DNA of 49,899 nucleotides, filler included, from Circinaria calcarea (taxonomy: Eukaryota): assembly GCA_051942165.1 (NCBI GenBank). It is 2 parts of 2 records of this genome, joined end to end, with 100 filler letters (N's around TTAATTAATTAA, not from the genome) between each part and the next. Parts side by side here need not be neighbours in the genome. Positions count along the whole stretch, not along the records: positions 1 to 24,921 come from JAVECS010000100.1; positions 25,022 to 49,899 come from JAVECS010000101.1. One strand, given 5' to 3'. Shown here in pieces: positions 24,901 to 36,467 of the stretch. A program made the position numbers and the translations under genes. Under the pieces are notes generated by a model. It was not told the origin of the DNA, did no database searches, and saw nothing but the letters and a program-made list of their open reading frames with translations. Within the stretch, counting starts at the first letter, position 1. Each line of letters opens with the position of its first letter.

Positions 24901-24921
24901 GATAGGCATCGACATGGAGAC
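21907..24921 (-). CDS. ABCC/MRP-type ABC transporter, YOR1-like; 5' end lost at the contig break
   Basis: NBD1 GGVGSGKSS, VSGGQKQR, LMDDPLSAVDAHVG; TMD2 FFDTTPLGRITNRFSKD; NBD2 GRTGAGKSS, FSLGQRQL, DEATSSVD, IAHRL. The frame is open up to the N run. Confidence 0.95.
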   Translation of the reverse strand, partial: VSMSMPIFASMLAFITYSLSDHSLNPAYIFSSLALFNSLRLPLNLLPLVIGQVTDGWASLMRIQDFLLAEEQKDDFLWDMEAKNAVVVEHSEFTWERIATQDPDKDVKSKKGAKASKKEDKAAKKAEKAAEKTAEKSATTNAGDSSEKTEGLETSSTLTQVEPFKLSDIDFSVGRQELLAVIGGVGSGKSSLLAALAGDMRRTRGQVTMGATRAFCPQYAWIQNATVKENILFGKDMNEKWYNEVIDACALRPDLEMLPNGDMTEIGERGITVSGGQKQRLNIARAIYFDSDIVLMDDPLSAVDAHVGRHIFDKAICGLLKDKCRILATHQLHVLSRCDRIIWLQDGRIETIDTFDNLMKYNEGFQKMMATTAQEEIVEKEDTVNEDEVEDEKKSVARKKKAKKSQALMQQEERAVKSVSWGVYAAYIRASGSIWFGPLVLFLLVVAQGTNIATSLWLSFWTSNKFGLSEGLYIGVYAALGVLQSALTFAFSLTLSQLGTTASRVMLNRAITRVLRAPMSFFDTTPLGRITNRFSKDVDIMDNNLTDAMRMYFFTLAMIVSVFILIIVYFHYFAIALGPLFLMFLFSASYYRASAREIKRHESVLRSVVFARFGEAVFGTASIRAYGLQDHFIMGVRDSIDQMNSAYYLTYGNQRWLSVRLDSIGNLLVFTTGILVVTSRFNVSPSIAGLVLSYILSIVQMIQFTVRQFAEVENAMNSTERIHYYGTQLEEEPPLHLAKIPKSWPDKGEIVFDNVLMRYRAGLPLVLQGLDMVVSGGERIGIVGRTGAGKSSIMSALFRLVELSGGSISIDGINIATVGLHDLRSRLAIIPQDPTLFRGTVRSNLDPFDEHDDLKLWSALRQADLVDEESKLEDKSSHSRIHLDSVVEEEGLNFSLGQRQLMALARALVRGSQIIVCDEATSSVDMETDQKIQRTMATGFRGKTLLCIAHRLKTIIGYDRICVMDSGRIAELDTPIKLWEQGGIFRGMCERSGIRREDFDEMVL

Positions 24922-25021
24922 NNNNNNNNNNNNNNNNNNNNNNNNNNNNNNNNNNNNNNNNNNNNTTAATTAATTAANNNNNNNNNNNNNNNNNNNNNNN
25001 NNNNNNNNNNNNNNNNNNNNN
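24922..25021. other. Artificial contig linker / assembly gap
   Basis: 44 N + TTAATTAATTAA (stops in all six frames) + 44 N = exactly 100 nt. Confidence 0.95.
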
Positions 25022-25418
25022 GGAGGGGGAATAAGGGGTAGGTTTCACGAGACCCGGGGTTCTTCTTGTAGGTATTGGAAGGAGTGTGCTATGCTATGCT
25101 TGGTTCCGAATGAAAGACAGATACCGGATACTTTGTCGTTTATAACTGGGGTCCTAGGTCTGATTGATTTGTGTTTGCTCTCGTGCTACCGAATTCAGCG
25201 CGTTCCCGCCGGATGCGTGAGAGTATAAGAGTTGCGAAAAGACTCCTAATTGATATGCCTAATATTGCATGTCCAGGTCCGTATTCAACGTGATTAGAAA
25301 GTTGCACTACCCCTTTTTCCAAAAGCTCCAAGCGCCTCGTAACTCCACGCTAAACAGTCATCTCAATTCCACCCTCTCTCGTTCTATACACTCTTCCCCC
25401 TTTCCCACCCATAAACTC

Positions 25419-26059
25419 TCAAACGGAACTATCCTCATAGCTAAACCTGATATCCCTTGGCCTCTGCGTATTCCTTTTTACAAACTCCTGATCCCCGGGC
25501 GGGCGCTCATCCTTGGTGTTTCCCGTCAGCATACTCTGCAGGCTCATGGCCACGCTCTCCACGTTCTGGACGGGGCTCCAGCCGGCGGTGCCGAGGAGGT
25601 CGAGGCAGATGATGCCGTTGGAGTAGATGTGCGGGTGAATGGGAATTTCGCGGGGTGGGGTTGTGGAGGAAGCGAAGGTGACTTCGGGGGCTTCTGGAAT
25701 GGTTGTTAATGGAGCTGGACGAGGGGAAAGAGGGGAAGGAAGAGGAGGGAGGTACCGATGGGGTATTTATTGGAGAACCGGAAGCGGAGGCGATAGGTCT
25801 TGTTTAGGTAGAGAGGGTTGGAATCCAGGACACGGATGTCCACGAGCCATTCTTTGAAGTCCGGGGCGGAGACGAGGGTGATGCCGGGAGGGAGGGTTTC
25901 GTGGATCTGTGTGGAGTGGTCGCGTTGGCTGAGAGCAAATGATTTTCTCGTTGGGTATCGCTTACCTTGGTGAGCTCCTGTTGAGACATGTTAGAATAGA
26001 TTGGTCTTTGAAAGGGCAAGAGCTCAACATACCTTGCCTAAGCGCTTGGAAGCAAACAT
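25419..26059 (-). CDS. Ubiquitin-conjugating enzyme E2, UBE2W-like; several short 5' exons
   Basis: Manual splice gives MFASKRLGK|ELTK|...GITLVSA..FKEWLVDIRVLDSNPLYLNKTYRLRFRFSNKYPI|EAPEVTF...HPHIYSNGIICLDLLGTAGWSPVQNVESVAMSLQSML...RFSYEDSSV*. HPH replaces HPN, as in UBE2W. Not shown in the ORF track. Confidence 0.9.
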
Positions 26060-26199
26060 GACGCTGGTTGCGTGTTTTAAGGAAAGCGAATGCTCGGAGA
26101 CGTTCTCTGCCTTCACTCACAGGATTGATGAAGTAGGTGCTTCTCTAAGGAGTTAAGTGGAAGTCGACGACAGGATCCAGAGTGAAGAAGGGGTCCGGA

Positions 26200-27012
26200 A
26201 CGGGTCTGTGCGCGAGGATCTACGTTGCATGAGGCTAAGCCTTGACGGGAGCCTAGACCACGTTTGGAAGAGGGATGAAATTCCATTTGCCAAAACAAAG
26301 TCTTCGTATCAGTTTCGCGTCGACGGTGCCAATGAACCAGAGATCGCCTTATTGCACTATAACATCCACCTTTGGAAAGGTCAAATACTATGGAGCATAA
26401 TGGTACTCAAGGGCAATAACCCCGTGTCCGCGCAATGACGCTGTTGGTTGGTCGCTTCTAGTACTTTTGGGTACGATATGGCATGGTGCTTTCTGAACGA
26501 ACTTTGTCGATTGTTTGTCTTGAAGAGGAAAATGGGTGTTTTGTATAGGGGTAATCTCTGTTCTTTGAAAGATGACCTGTATCAAAGTATGTCGTGTTTC
26601 AGATCTGAATCCCAATCAGTAGCTCATTTCCTTCAAGTCGAGGACTCGGGATTGGACCTGTCTGCCTTGGGGATTGGAATCACTTGACAAACTATCAGCA
26701 GTCTCACGTTACAGTTAGTTCGAAGTGCAATGCTTTCCTCTGACTTCGTCGTGGTTTCTGTCCAAACATGTCTTAATTTGTACTCTCCTTTTCCCCTCGG
26801 CGAAAGCACTTTGGCACGTTGCACTGTTTCTAGAACCCTTCCAAGCCGTTTAATAAGCAGCGAAACTCCGTCCTAGTGAGATAATGTCATTGTCAAGCTC
26901 TGAAGATGGATGACTCAAGTAGCATGTCCTGTTTTGCACTGTTTTGCCCCAGACTTCAATTAAAAGTAGCAGGCTCATCAAGTTTAGGAGGTAACGCAGA
27001 AGACAATGACAT
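26200..27012 (-). pseudogene. Decayed unknown gene, module copy A (minus-strand partner)
   Basis: Begins MSLSSALPPKLDEP; retains WDSDLKHD and LSLMQRRSSRTDPFR blocks homologous to copies B and C; multiple in-frame stops. Boundaries approximate. Confidence 0.6.
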
Positions 27013-27598
27013 TGTGCTGTTTGACTTCGGTCGTCAAGGGTGGTAAGGTGAAGCAGTGTTGTTTCTCGATTCCATTAACTACCTTTCTGGGTATCTATGG
27101 CTTCTTTGCGACATGCTTATGACAGACTTTGATTTCAACCTCCTACCCTACGAGTAAGATTCTACGCTTTGACGTTTCGTCTCTCTGTCACGTCGTGCCT
27201 GAACTATTTTCCTTATGCTTGCCTAGGACAGTATCTTTGTACATGTGTTGCTCTTCCCAGCTGGTCACTTGCTTGTCTAATACTTGCTGTAGTAGGACAA
27301 TGCCATTGTAATTACATGACCAGATGAGAATCGAGAAGCTTTTCGGTCATTCAGAACGATCCGTTACACATTGAGCCCGCCTTTGATAGAGGGTAGCTGA
27401 ACATTGCCCATTGTCTGATAACAGCTCAGTCATTGTGGGCCGTCTCATGGTAATGTGTACAACAGTTCTCTATTTCAAATAACTATATATCCGCCCTCTG
27501 TTCTACTGTACTCTATACACACATTGCTCATCACAAATACTAGCCTTCTCCTTTGATATAACATTTCAATAGCGTATATCCCTCCAGTATATAATCAA

Positions 27599-28431
27599 AT
27601 GAGCAACACCTCCAGTAACACAAACAGGGTATTCGGAGAGGATTCCTACAATTTGAGTATACATACAATTGATTGCCCCGACGGATGCATTCCCAACGAT
27701 GCAAGACTAGGAGAGATTATCCAATTCATCGAAGATGAAAATAAGCCAAAGGTCGTTAACGACGCTAAAGCACCTACTCACTTTATGATGTTTTTGCCAG
27801 ATGCTTATAAGGACCCGAAATATATCGAGAATACGAAATACTATACTTACCTTGTGGTAAGTCTACTCCTTTATGTTCAACTGCTCACCTACTTACCTTG
27901 AACCTCTAGATCACTTGGCACCCGAAGTGCCCCATATGCGAAGCTTCAGGTGCGCAGTTCTACATATTTGGTGACGAAGAGCAAGGGCACCATGTTAGGT
28001 CCCAGACTGTCGAAATCCCCAAGGACGGCTTGGCCCTATATCTAGAGCACGGAAGACACGATGGCATCGAATGGCACCTCTGCCCCTGGACTAAAGTATC
28101 CAAGACCTGCGCTCACAAGGTGAAAACCGTTCCTAGCCAATGCACCCATGTTCTAACCAAGGATCCTCCCAACCTGCGCTCTAGACTGACCGACTCTTCG
28201 TACCAAAAGGTACTCAGTGCACTCAACGAGTCGTTGAGCAAGGCAGGAAACTTACCGGGGGTGCTTAAGGAGACGGTGGCAGGTCAAGTTATCCGCCCTA
28301 ACGCTCCGGTTCCTTATACAAATTCCTCCAATTCTTGGCCGTCGCCGCCTTGCGAAAAAACTGACCTAAATCAGGAATCATCCCAGTCATCAACAGCAAA
28401 GCAAGCCACCTCGGATTCTCGAATCACTTAG
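27599..28431 (+). CDS. Unknown-family protein, module copy A (paralog of 30336 and 46724); intron 27857-27909
   Basis: GT-AG phase-0 intron joins ORFs 27599 and 28030 in frame. Motifs GCIPNDARLGEIIQF, HFMMFLPDAYKD, YLV|ITWHP, RSRLTDSSYQKVLSAL. Confidence 0.75.
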
Positions 28432-29289
28432 ACTCAATGTCTAGGAATTAGCACTGACAACAACATCTGCAGGCGGCATGTTTCATTCCTTGATTTTGTG
28501 GCGCTTTGCATTATACATCTCATCGTCGCTTTTCTGTCTACTCTACTGTAGATTACCAGCGTCCCTTTTTCCCTTACTTACTCCCATGTAGTTAGTTCTT
28601 TCACTCTACTGTCATGTCCTGATATAGTCTATACAATTCAGTCTTTTCCCGCAGAAGATTTTGTCCCTTTTGTTCGCTGAGTAGAATGTGTGCTTTCTAC
28701 CTAGAAACCTTGCTTGGAACCCGACGTTGACTAGATATTGCTAAGTTCCGTCTGTTGTTTCACCTGTGAAACGTAGATAAACTCAAGTTTCTTAAGATCT
28801 ACACCCAACCACTCCAAACGTCTGTAGCTGGGATGGTTCCCTGATGGACTGATAGGGTTATTTGTGAGCTGGCTAATATCCCCTATATTATTTCATACCC
28901 GCATCGTCTTCATGGCTGATAGCTGCCACAGCCTTCCGTGCTAGGAAGAGGGCTAGTAATCAAGTTGGGTGACCGAAAGTCGTAGCCGGATATTATTAAG
29001 GCGCTCAGCAACCGTAGTCAGTCCAGGAGTTGAGCACTTAAGGATCCCGACTAAGGGACGTCAATGGGCCGTTCACAAAGCTAGGGCTACACACAGATGA
29101 GTACAAATGGCAGTTCAGCATTGCAAATGTCCGACTCGGCAACGACTTTCGGTCACCTGGCCCCGAATACAGGGAAACCGTTTTCACTGCACGTGATTTA
29201 GCTCGTTAAGTAGTTGCAGACCTAATGCGCTACATCGTTTACGCTATGTTGAGAACCTCTGTGTCCTTAATCCCAGGATTGAGTGAAGT

Positions 29290-30106
29290 AGGTGTGCGGA
29301 GTTATGTCCATGATCCAAAGTTATTTGAAGATCCGAAATAGGTCAGTGCGCAGAGATCTACCTTGCATGAGGCTAAGCCCTAAACCACATTGGCAAGCAT
29401 CGAATTTCCCTTTGGCGGTCAACACAAAGTCTCCGATGAACAAATACGTTCCATTTGTTTGGTGCCTCTAGCATCTTCTCAGTTGGAAAAAAGATCCAAA
29501 ACTGACCTCGAGAATGAGGGTCAATCAAACGTATGCTCAAACTCAGCAACCCTCAGTTCAGCCTTAGGTGGGTTCTCTCTGTCGTAGGTGGCCTCTATGA
29601 CCGCCACAAATATGACATGATCTGATCAGAAGAAGTCTTTCTCTCATCTGAGTATGAGGATGAGCGAGCCGGTATCTTCTATGCTGAGCAGTCTGGACCT
29701 CAGAGCAGAAATTTGTATCAGAGTGTTGTCGATTTGTCTCGTTTCAGATCTGAACCACCATCAGTTCGTGCCCTCCATCTGCTTCAAGTCACAAGTCGAC
29801 TTCTGTCTACTTGCAAATCGCGACTTTCTTTCTGAACTACTCCTTTGTAATTTTCGTTTCCTGCTTGTCAACAGTGTAATGTCTTACCACGAGTCTTTTG
29901 TTAATTCCGTCCAATGATGTCTTAGATTGTCTCTCTACCCTCGGCTTGAGCTCTTTGACTTGACATTAAGCTCTACCACAATTAACAATGCGAATTTCAA
30001 ATTTTGAAAGATGGATGACTCGATCAATATCTCCTGTTTTGCTCAGACTGAAATCAAATGCGGTGGGCTCATCCAGTGTAGGAGGTTAAGCCGAGGACAA
30101 TGGCAT
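29290..30106 (-). pseudogene. Decayed unknown gene, module copy B
   Basis: MPLSSA*PPTLDEP start; GSDLKRD and LSLMQGRSLRTDLFR blocks; collinear nucleotide similarity to 26200-27060; contains stops. Boundaries approximate. Confidence 0.6.
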
Positions 30107-30335
30107 TGTCTTGTCTGGGTTTCTCCATTAACGTGGTAAACTGAAGCAGTATCTTGTCCTTAGCTTCAGTGGCTGTATCTAACCATGTATATATCTCCCC
30201 GAAGGATACGCCTTCTTTACTTTAATATTAGTATTTCATATTCATATTCAACCCTATTCTTACTGCCGCAAATATCGATTAATCAAAACCCAAATCCTTA
30301 TAAGAATAATTCGAAAGCCCTCCCTATACTACATC

Positions 30336-31196
30336 ATGGTCCTCACGGGAGTACCTGACGTTGTCACATGGAAAGTAATAGCTACAAACCACGCGCCTGG
30401 GCTAACTTATCCATGTTCTTCGAATTGTGAAGGTTGCGAAGGCTGCTTTGATCAAAGATATAGGGCTGAAGGAGATATCTTGCGCTACCATCCACAAAAG
30501 ACGCTAAAAGGGATTGCTCAGGTCCTGGAAAATCTGGTCAGGCTCCTAAAAAGAAATCGGAAGAGCAAACTTGGACGACATCATGTTATCCTGCAATCTG
30601 ATACTCCCCTGTATTCAATGCCTAAACCCCGAGAACCATACCGTTTTTGCCACTTGGTACGCTAGCCCCGAGACTTTTCTTAAGCGCCCATACTTACAAT
30701 ACTTGCCTAGATTACGTCTTCTCCGCTTTGCAGATACCATCCACGATGCCGCCCCGATCACATCCATCCAAGTGATTCATGTTCCTGTCCATGTCGCAGT
30801 TCTGTGAGTTGTGATTGCCGTATCCGTTGCGGCAAAGAATCGCCATGTGATTACATCCTCATCGAGACTCTGGCGCCTGAACAACCCTCGCTACATCTAG
30901 AATTATACCAAGAATACTCCGATCAACTTGATGAGCATCGGCGACCCCGGATATGGATCAAACAGTCGTATGTCGCTCTGATTCCGATAAAAATTCACGA
31001 ACGCTGTCTTCATCACCCTCCTTGGCCAATCAATTACATCCCAAGATTAGCCAGCGAGTCCCTTGAAAGGTTGAGGTCGCTAACCTTGCATATCAGCAGA
31101 GAGGAATACGTAAAATCTCTTGATTCGCGACCACCATGCACCAGCACGATGCCAGAAGCTAACAAACCTAACTCTTTGGAGCCAGAAAAGCCATAG
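30336..31196 (+). CDS. Unknown-family protein, module copy B, with a Cys-rich insertion; intron 30657-30710
   Basis: Phase-0 intron joins exon 1 (…EGDILRY…RHHVILQSD…FCHL) to ITSSPLC…, in frame with ORF 30804. C-terminal PRLASESLERLRSL. Confidence 0.7.
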
Positions 31197-31708
31197 TGAG
31201 TGAAAATCCGCGGGTGGAACAAGCAAGCATGTATAAACTGATTTCTTCTTGTTCTTTCTGGCTTATCTTGATTTTTTATATAAACACCCTCGTTGCTTAT
31301 TTGATGGCGGGGGATTCGGGAGTTATTTATCACCGGCAGGAGTTGGTATAATTAATAAATGGAAATTATTTCTCAATTTGCATACGAGCCGGCTTCTGGT
31401 GTAACGGCATATAGCCTAGTTATTATATGGAAATAAGCATACTTAGATATACAGAGCATAATATGACTACGGAAGTTAGAACAAAGGCTGCCAAGCTATA
31501 AATACGCAAAATGGTATTGATTGCGTGGTTTATTGCTTTGGCCGAATGTCATGACATTTCATATGCTGCTATTCTTACACATTTCCTTATACGCTACGTT
31601 AAAGCTATTTAGAATGGGGAGAAACGCAAACCGTTACATCTGCATTTCCGGCTATCTTGCTGGAAAATTAAGGCTTTCTTTTATAATAAATATCGCTTTT
31701 CCCACTTC

Positions 31709-33241
31709 CTAACCCCCATTCTCCTCCCTCCCATCCTCAACATCTCGCGTCGCGTACTGCTGCTGCCCTCCTTCTCCGTTCAGCTGATTTGCCTTCCAAG
31801 ACGAACTCAGTGACTCCCTCGTCACCGCCGCCGGAAAAGGCTTGTGGCGCTCATCCAGCTTAAGATAATCCCCAACAGGATTATGAGTCTCCCATGACGG
31901 TTTCGCCGCGAGGGTTTTGTGGGAGCGGTTGGTCGAAACGGGGGAGTGAAGGGTGCGGGTCCAGTAGCCTCGGAGGCAGGCGGAGGCTTTGGGGATGGAC
32001 TGCCGGAAGAACTGGGGAAGGACTGGCATACAGCCGCAGACTATGCCGGCGGTAAGTTCGGCGACTCTAATGTGCCGGCTCTGTTAGAGGGGTGGTGGGG
32101 AAGTAGGGAAGGAGGGGTGGGAAGCAATGGGATGGGTTTGGAACGTACGTCCATTCGCCAACGATTGCGGCGTTGTAGGAGAAGTCTGGGTTGCTGGCGT
32201 ATTGAATGATCTTGACAAGCCAGATGATGCTGGTAATGTTGGCACTATGACGGTAAGTCCTTACCTCGTGCAAATATTGGTGGGTGGGACGAGGCAAGGA
32301 GTCACCGAGTGAGGACTTACAATATTCCAGTCGCAAACACCGAGGAGATACCCAGCTTGCGCTTCATGGGCATTTGCAGCTTCCGTAGACAATTCAACGG
32401 CAGAATGAGAATCAAGATGTTAGTGATGATATTAACTACGCAGGTGGTAATGAAGAGATTATTTTGATTGATACAGTGACCTGGTATCTTTGGGTTGGTG
32501 ATTTTAAGTCTGGGACTGCAAGCAAAGATAAGGGCGAAGGTAATTGCAATATAAAATAGCAGGTTTGACCAAATAAGTCCATGAATAGTATAGTAGGTAA
32601 GACCGGTACGAGATGCGATGAAAATCCGGAGATACTGAAGCAGAATTGACAGCTTCGTGAGGTAGACCGCCACCGAGTAGAAGATTTGAGCGACATTAGC
32701 GATCTAAAATTCTTCCCACGTTAACATCCGTCTTCCTTACGCTTTACTAGAATGAATACGTTCTTCCTTTGGACAAACACACCTCTGCGAGTTGTACAAC
32801 CTCTGATCTAGGTATGTCCCACATATGAAACCCATTGCCGTGCTTGTTGCACTCGAAGACGAGGACGATATACACTATAATAGACAGCTGACGTGCGTAA
32901 GTGCGCTGACCATAAAAATGGAACAGGGAAACTGCCTTCATACCCAAGCTAGCAAGGCTATATCTATAGAAAGGTAAGCAGGGTATCGTATTGCAGATGT
33001 GAGTAGACACTGGAATTTTGGATTACTTCGAGTACTTACAGTCGTCCCGTTTGACGGTATTCAAGCCCATTGTAAGCCTGGTGAACGTGCGTAACCCGAT
33101 AAACAAAGTGCAAATGGTGAGAGAGACGACAAGCACGGCAACAACTCCTCCTTGAGCCGAAGGTGGGTTTACAAAATTAGGTGTAATACCCGGTGGAGGT
33201 GGCAAGGCACCTACAATGGGTGCTGCGGTGGATTGGGACAT
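31709..33241 (-). CDS. PTH11-like (fungal rhodopsin-domain) integral membrane protein without CFEM; multi-exon
   Basis: GALPPPPGITPNFVNP N-terminus; LRTFTR..DD; GFHMWD; TKLSILLQYLRIF; GHCIN; ILILPL..LRKLQMPMKRKLGISSVFATG; GIVCGCMPVLPQFF. Confidence 0.88.
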
Positions 33242-34374
33242 GATTTTCGTAGTTGTATGTGCTTTGCAACTCAAGAGAAGAAGAGAAGGTACATTAGGAG
33301 TGCTGCGATAGCATGGGAAGTAGATTTATACAGTTGAAACAGATAAGTCTCGAGTTGCCGCTATGCAAGTCAAGAATTGGACTGGCAGGCTGGGACTGGG
33401 AAAGATAAGAAAGCCTTCTCCGTCACACCCAGACAAGGCCAACAGGTGATCATCCCCAACTGATTATGGATCTTCTCGATGGATCTTCTCGATGCATATT
33501 CTCGACGCATCTGTACCATGGAAAAACGCAAACTCTGCTTTCCTATTTTTCCCCCCACATGTATCCCACATATATGCATGAAATTAGCGAGTGGCGGCAT
33601 TAGACACCGTTCCGCCCCGCCCCCTTATAAGGAAAGCCTGCACGACATTGTCCTCTACAGCCGTCAGCGCGGCACAATCCAGCCGTTAGCTCTCGATCCC
33701 ACGTCTGAGGGATTTTCAATCCTGAGATCTGCCAACCAATTGATTCTGATTGATTCTGCATGGGATTTTGGTTTGAGTCATGTCATCGACCAATTTGCGA
33801 AAATGTGGTCGAGCCGCAGAGCATCTTCCAGGATGCTGGGCGGCGTAAAGTGGAGTGGTCAAGGGAGTGCCTGACCTGCATCGAGAATGGATTAAGGGCA
33901 GGCTGAAAAACTAGGATTATTCTTATCACCTCTCCATGCACACTAATCATTCATCACGTCGGAAGAGAGTCAAAAAAGCATCCTCCGGGGGTCCCCGGAG
34001 TGGATGAGCCGGGGACACCACACCAGAGTACGCCGCATTCAGCGGGTCGGATAGCCCAGTACGCACAGTTCTACCCGCTTTTCTCTGAATTGCATAATGC
34101 ATGCTCGGTATGTTGGTCAGGATTCCGGGGATGAATCCCCCTGTTCGGGGCCGGTATCTTGAAACCGGCCTTGCTTGATATTTCATGTTTTGCTCGGAAT
34201 GCTCGTTATTTTTAATTGCAAACATCGTATCAAAGCGTTTTAGCATTCTCTCAGGATATAAAACAGAAACCATCCTTATCATAAACGCTGTATATGTTAT
34301 TTGTGGTGCATTCTCCCATGCTAGGCACTCTGGCCCGGCCATTCCTTCCCTTACTTCACAGAGAAGAAGCGATC

Positions 34375-36207
34375 ATGCTCTACGCTATTCAGGCTCTGCT
34401 TGGCAGCCTCATTTTCCTCTCCCTTTACCGCTTTTGCAACCAGGTAAACCTGTACCTTACTCGCCGTCGCCTGATCCGACACCACGGCTGCCTCCCTCCC
34501 CCAAGATACCCCAACAACCCTTTCCTCCTTGGTCTAGATTACTTTATCGATACCATTCGCGCCGGCAAATCAAAAACCTACCTCCAGCGTATTCAGCGCC
34601 AATACAATAACTACACCAATACCTTCATCCAGCAGCCATCCCCCTTCTCCCCCATCATCATCAACACCATTGAGCCTGAAAACATCGAAGCTCTCCTGGC
34701 AACTAAATTCACCGATTATACGGCCGGAACGCCGAGGCAGGCATCGTTTGCACCTTTGTTAGGTCGATCCATCTTCCTTTCCGATGGCAAAGAATGGGCA
34801 AGGTCCCGGGGACTTCTCCGCCCCAGTTTCGCGCGGAGTCAGATTGATGACGTGTCCACCTTCGAAGTCCACGTTGAGAATCTAATTACGGCAATCCGGG
34901 TCGAGGGACCGAAAACCGTGGATCTCGCAGAGCTATTCTCACGCTTTTCGGCCGATGTGATTACAGACTTTATGTTTGGGGAGTCAATTTTCAGTTTGGT
35001 GTACCCGGAATCCTTTGAAGCAAAATTCATGGTTGCGTTTCAGGAGGCGCAGAATGGAGGGGAAGCACGCTTCCGGATGGGGAGACTGGCCGGATGGATG
35101 CCAGGACAGGGACGGTTCTGGGAGAGTGTAAAACAGGTGCATGAGTTTATGGATCGGCATGTCGAAAAGGCAGCCAGATGCCATAAAGACGCGAAGCAGA
35201 AGCCACCGTTGCGGGATACTGGCTTCAAAGAAAACCATGGACGATATGTTTTCTTAAAAGCACTTGCGAAAATTACGGATGATAGGGACGTCCTCCGCGA
35301 CGAGCTCCTCACGATATTCTTTGCCGGCAGAGATAGCACAGCTGCAACCCTCACCAATCTGTTCTTCCAACTGGCGAGACGCCCGGATGTGTGGCAGCAG
35401 CTTCGTCAAGAGGTGATGGAAAAGCTGCAAGGGGCTACACCGTCATTTTCGCAGCTTAGAGAAATGAAATACCTTCGCTACTGCCTGAACGAAAGTAAGT
35501 CCTCAAAACCCCCTCTCCTTGCTTTCATCGACTGAGCCGTCCCACAATCTTATCCTCGTGTCGATTTCAGTACTCCGCCTGTACCCGGTAATCCCCATCA
35601 ACTCGCGTGTCGCCCAGCGCTCCACTGTCCTACCCCTCGGCGGCGGACCTGATGGCAAATCTCCCGTCTTCGTACCCGCCGGGGCAGTAGTAGCTTACCA
35701 TATCTACGCCATGCACAGACGCTGCGACCTCTGGGGCGAAGACGCCAGCGAGTTTTGTCCAGAGCGATGGGCCAGCAAGAGCAGCCTGCCATCTTGGGTA
35801 TGGTGCAATCTCTTTGATTCTAACCCCGGTCCAGGAAACCCCTGAGTTGGAGCTTTTCGGTTACTTCAAGATCATCTCAGTAAACGGTTCGCTGACTTCT
35901 GAATAGAAATTCCTCCCGTTCAATGGTGGACCGAGGAGATGTATTGGCGGTAAGGCTTCGTCCTTCCCTCATTTCTCGTCCACATTCCTGTGTTCTTCCC
36001 GCCGAGGCAACAACCATATAAATTGACTTGAGGGCGTCTTTAGAGCAATTCGCCCAAACGGAAGTTTCCTACGCCACTGCTCGCCTTGTTCAGGCCTTCG
36101 AAGAAATCTCAACTCGCGACCCAGAGTCATGGATAGAAGGATTGGGGGTGACGTGTACTTCTTCCAATGGGGCGAAGGTTGTTCTAACCCCGGTTTCTTC
36201 TCTTTAG
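34375..36207 (+). CDS. Cytochrome P450, CYP52-clan-like; 3 introns
   Basis: [36 protein letters not shown]-helix AGRDST, E..LRLYP, PERW, heme motif [14 protein letters not shown]. The start could alternatively be 34294. Confidence 0.95.
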
Positions 36208-36467
36208 ATCCACGTAGGAGAGATGGAGTCCGCAAAGAAGATGATTGATTTCAAAGAAGATCCTCTTTATTTAATGTAACGTATTCCCTGGAAAATCATA
36301 TATGATAATTTCTCATGATCAAGTTTTGTGAGAATGCTCCCTATCCATCAAAAACGCCGCCACCAACTCCATCGTAAAAATAGTTATTCAAGTCTGTGCT
36401 TCTCCTGAATAGTATCATTCCTTTCACCACTAATAAGCACAACGCAGACTGAAACAAAGCTTAGAAT

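Noticed and set aside
21907..24921. ABC transporter as the cluster's exporter
   Set aside because: It is on the other side of an artificial join and separated from the cluster by a housekeeping E2 gene.
24966..24977. TTAATTAATTAA palindrome as a biological element
   Set aside because: It is centred in an N-run and is a standard six-frame-stop contig spacer.
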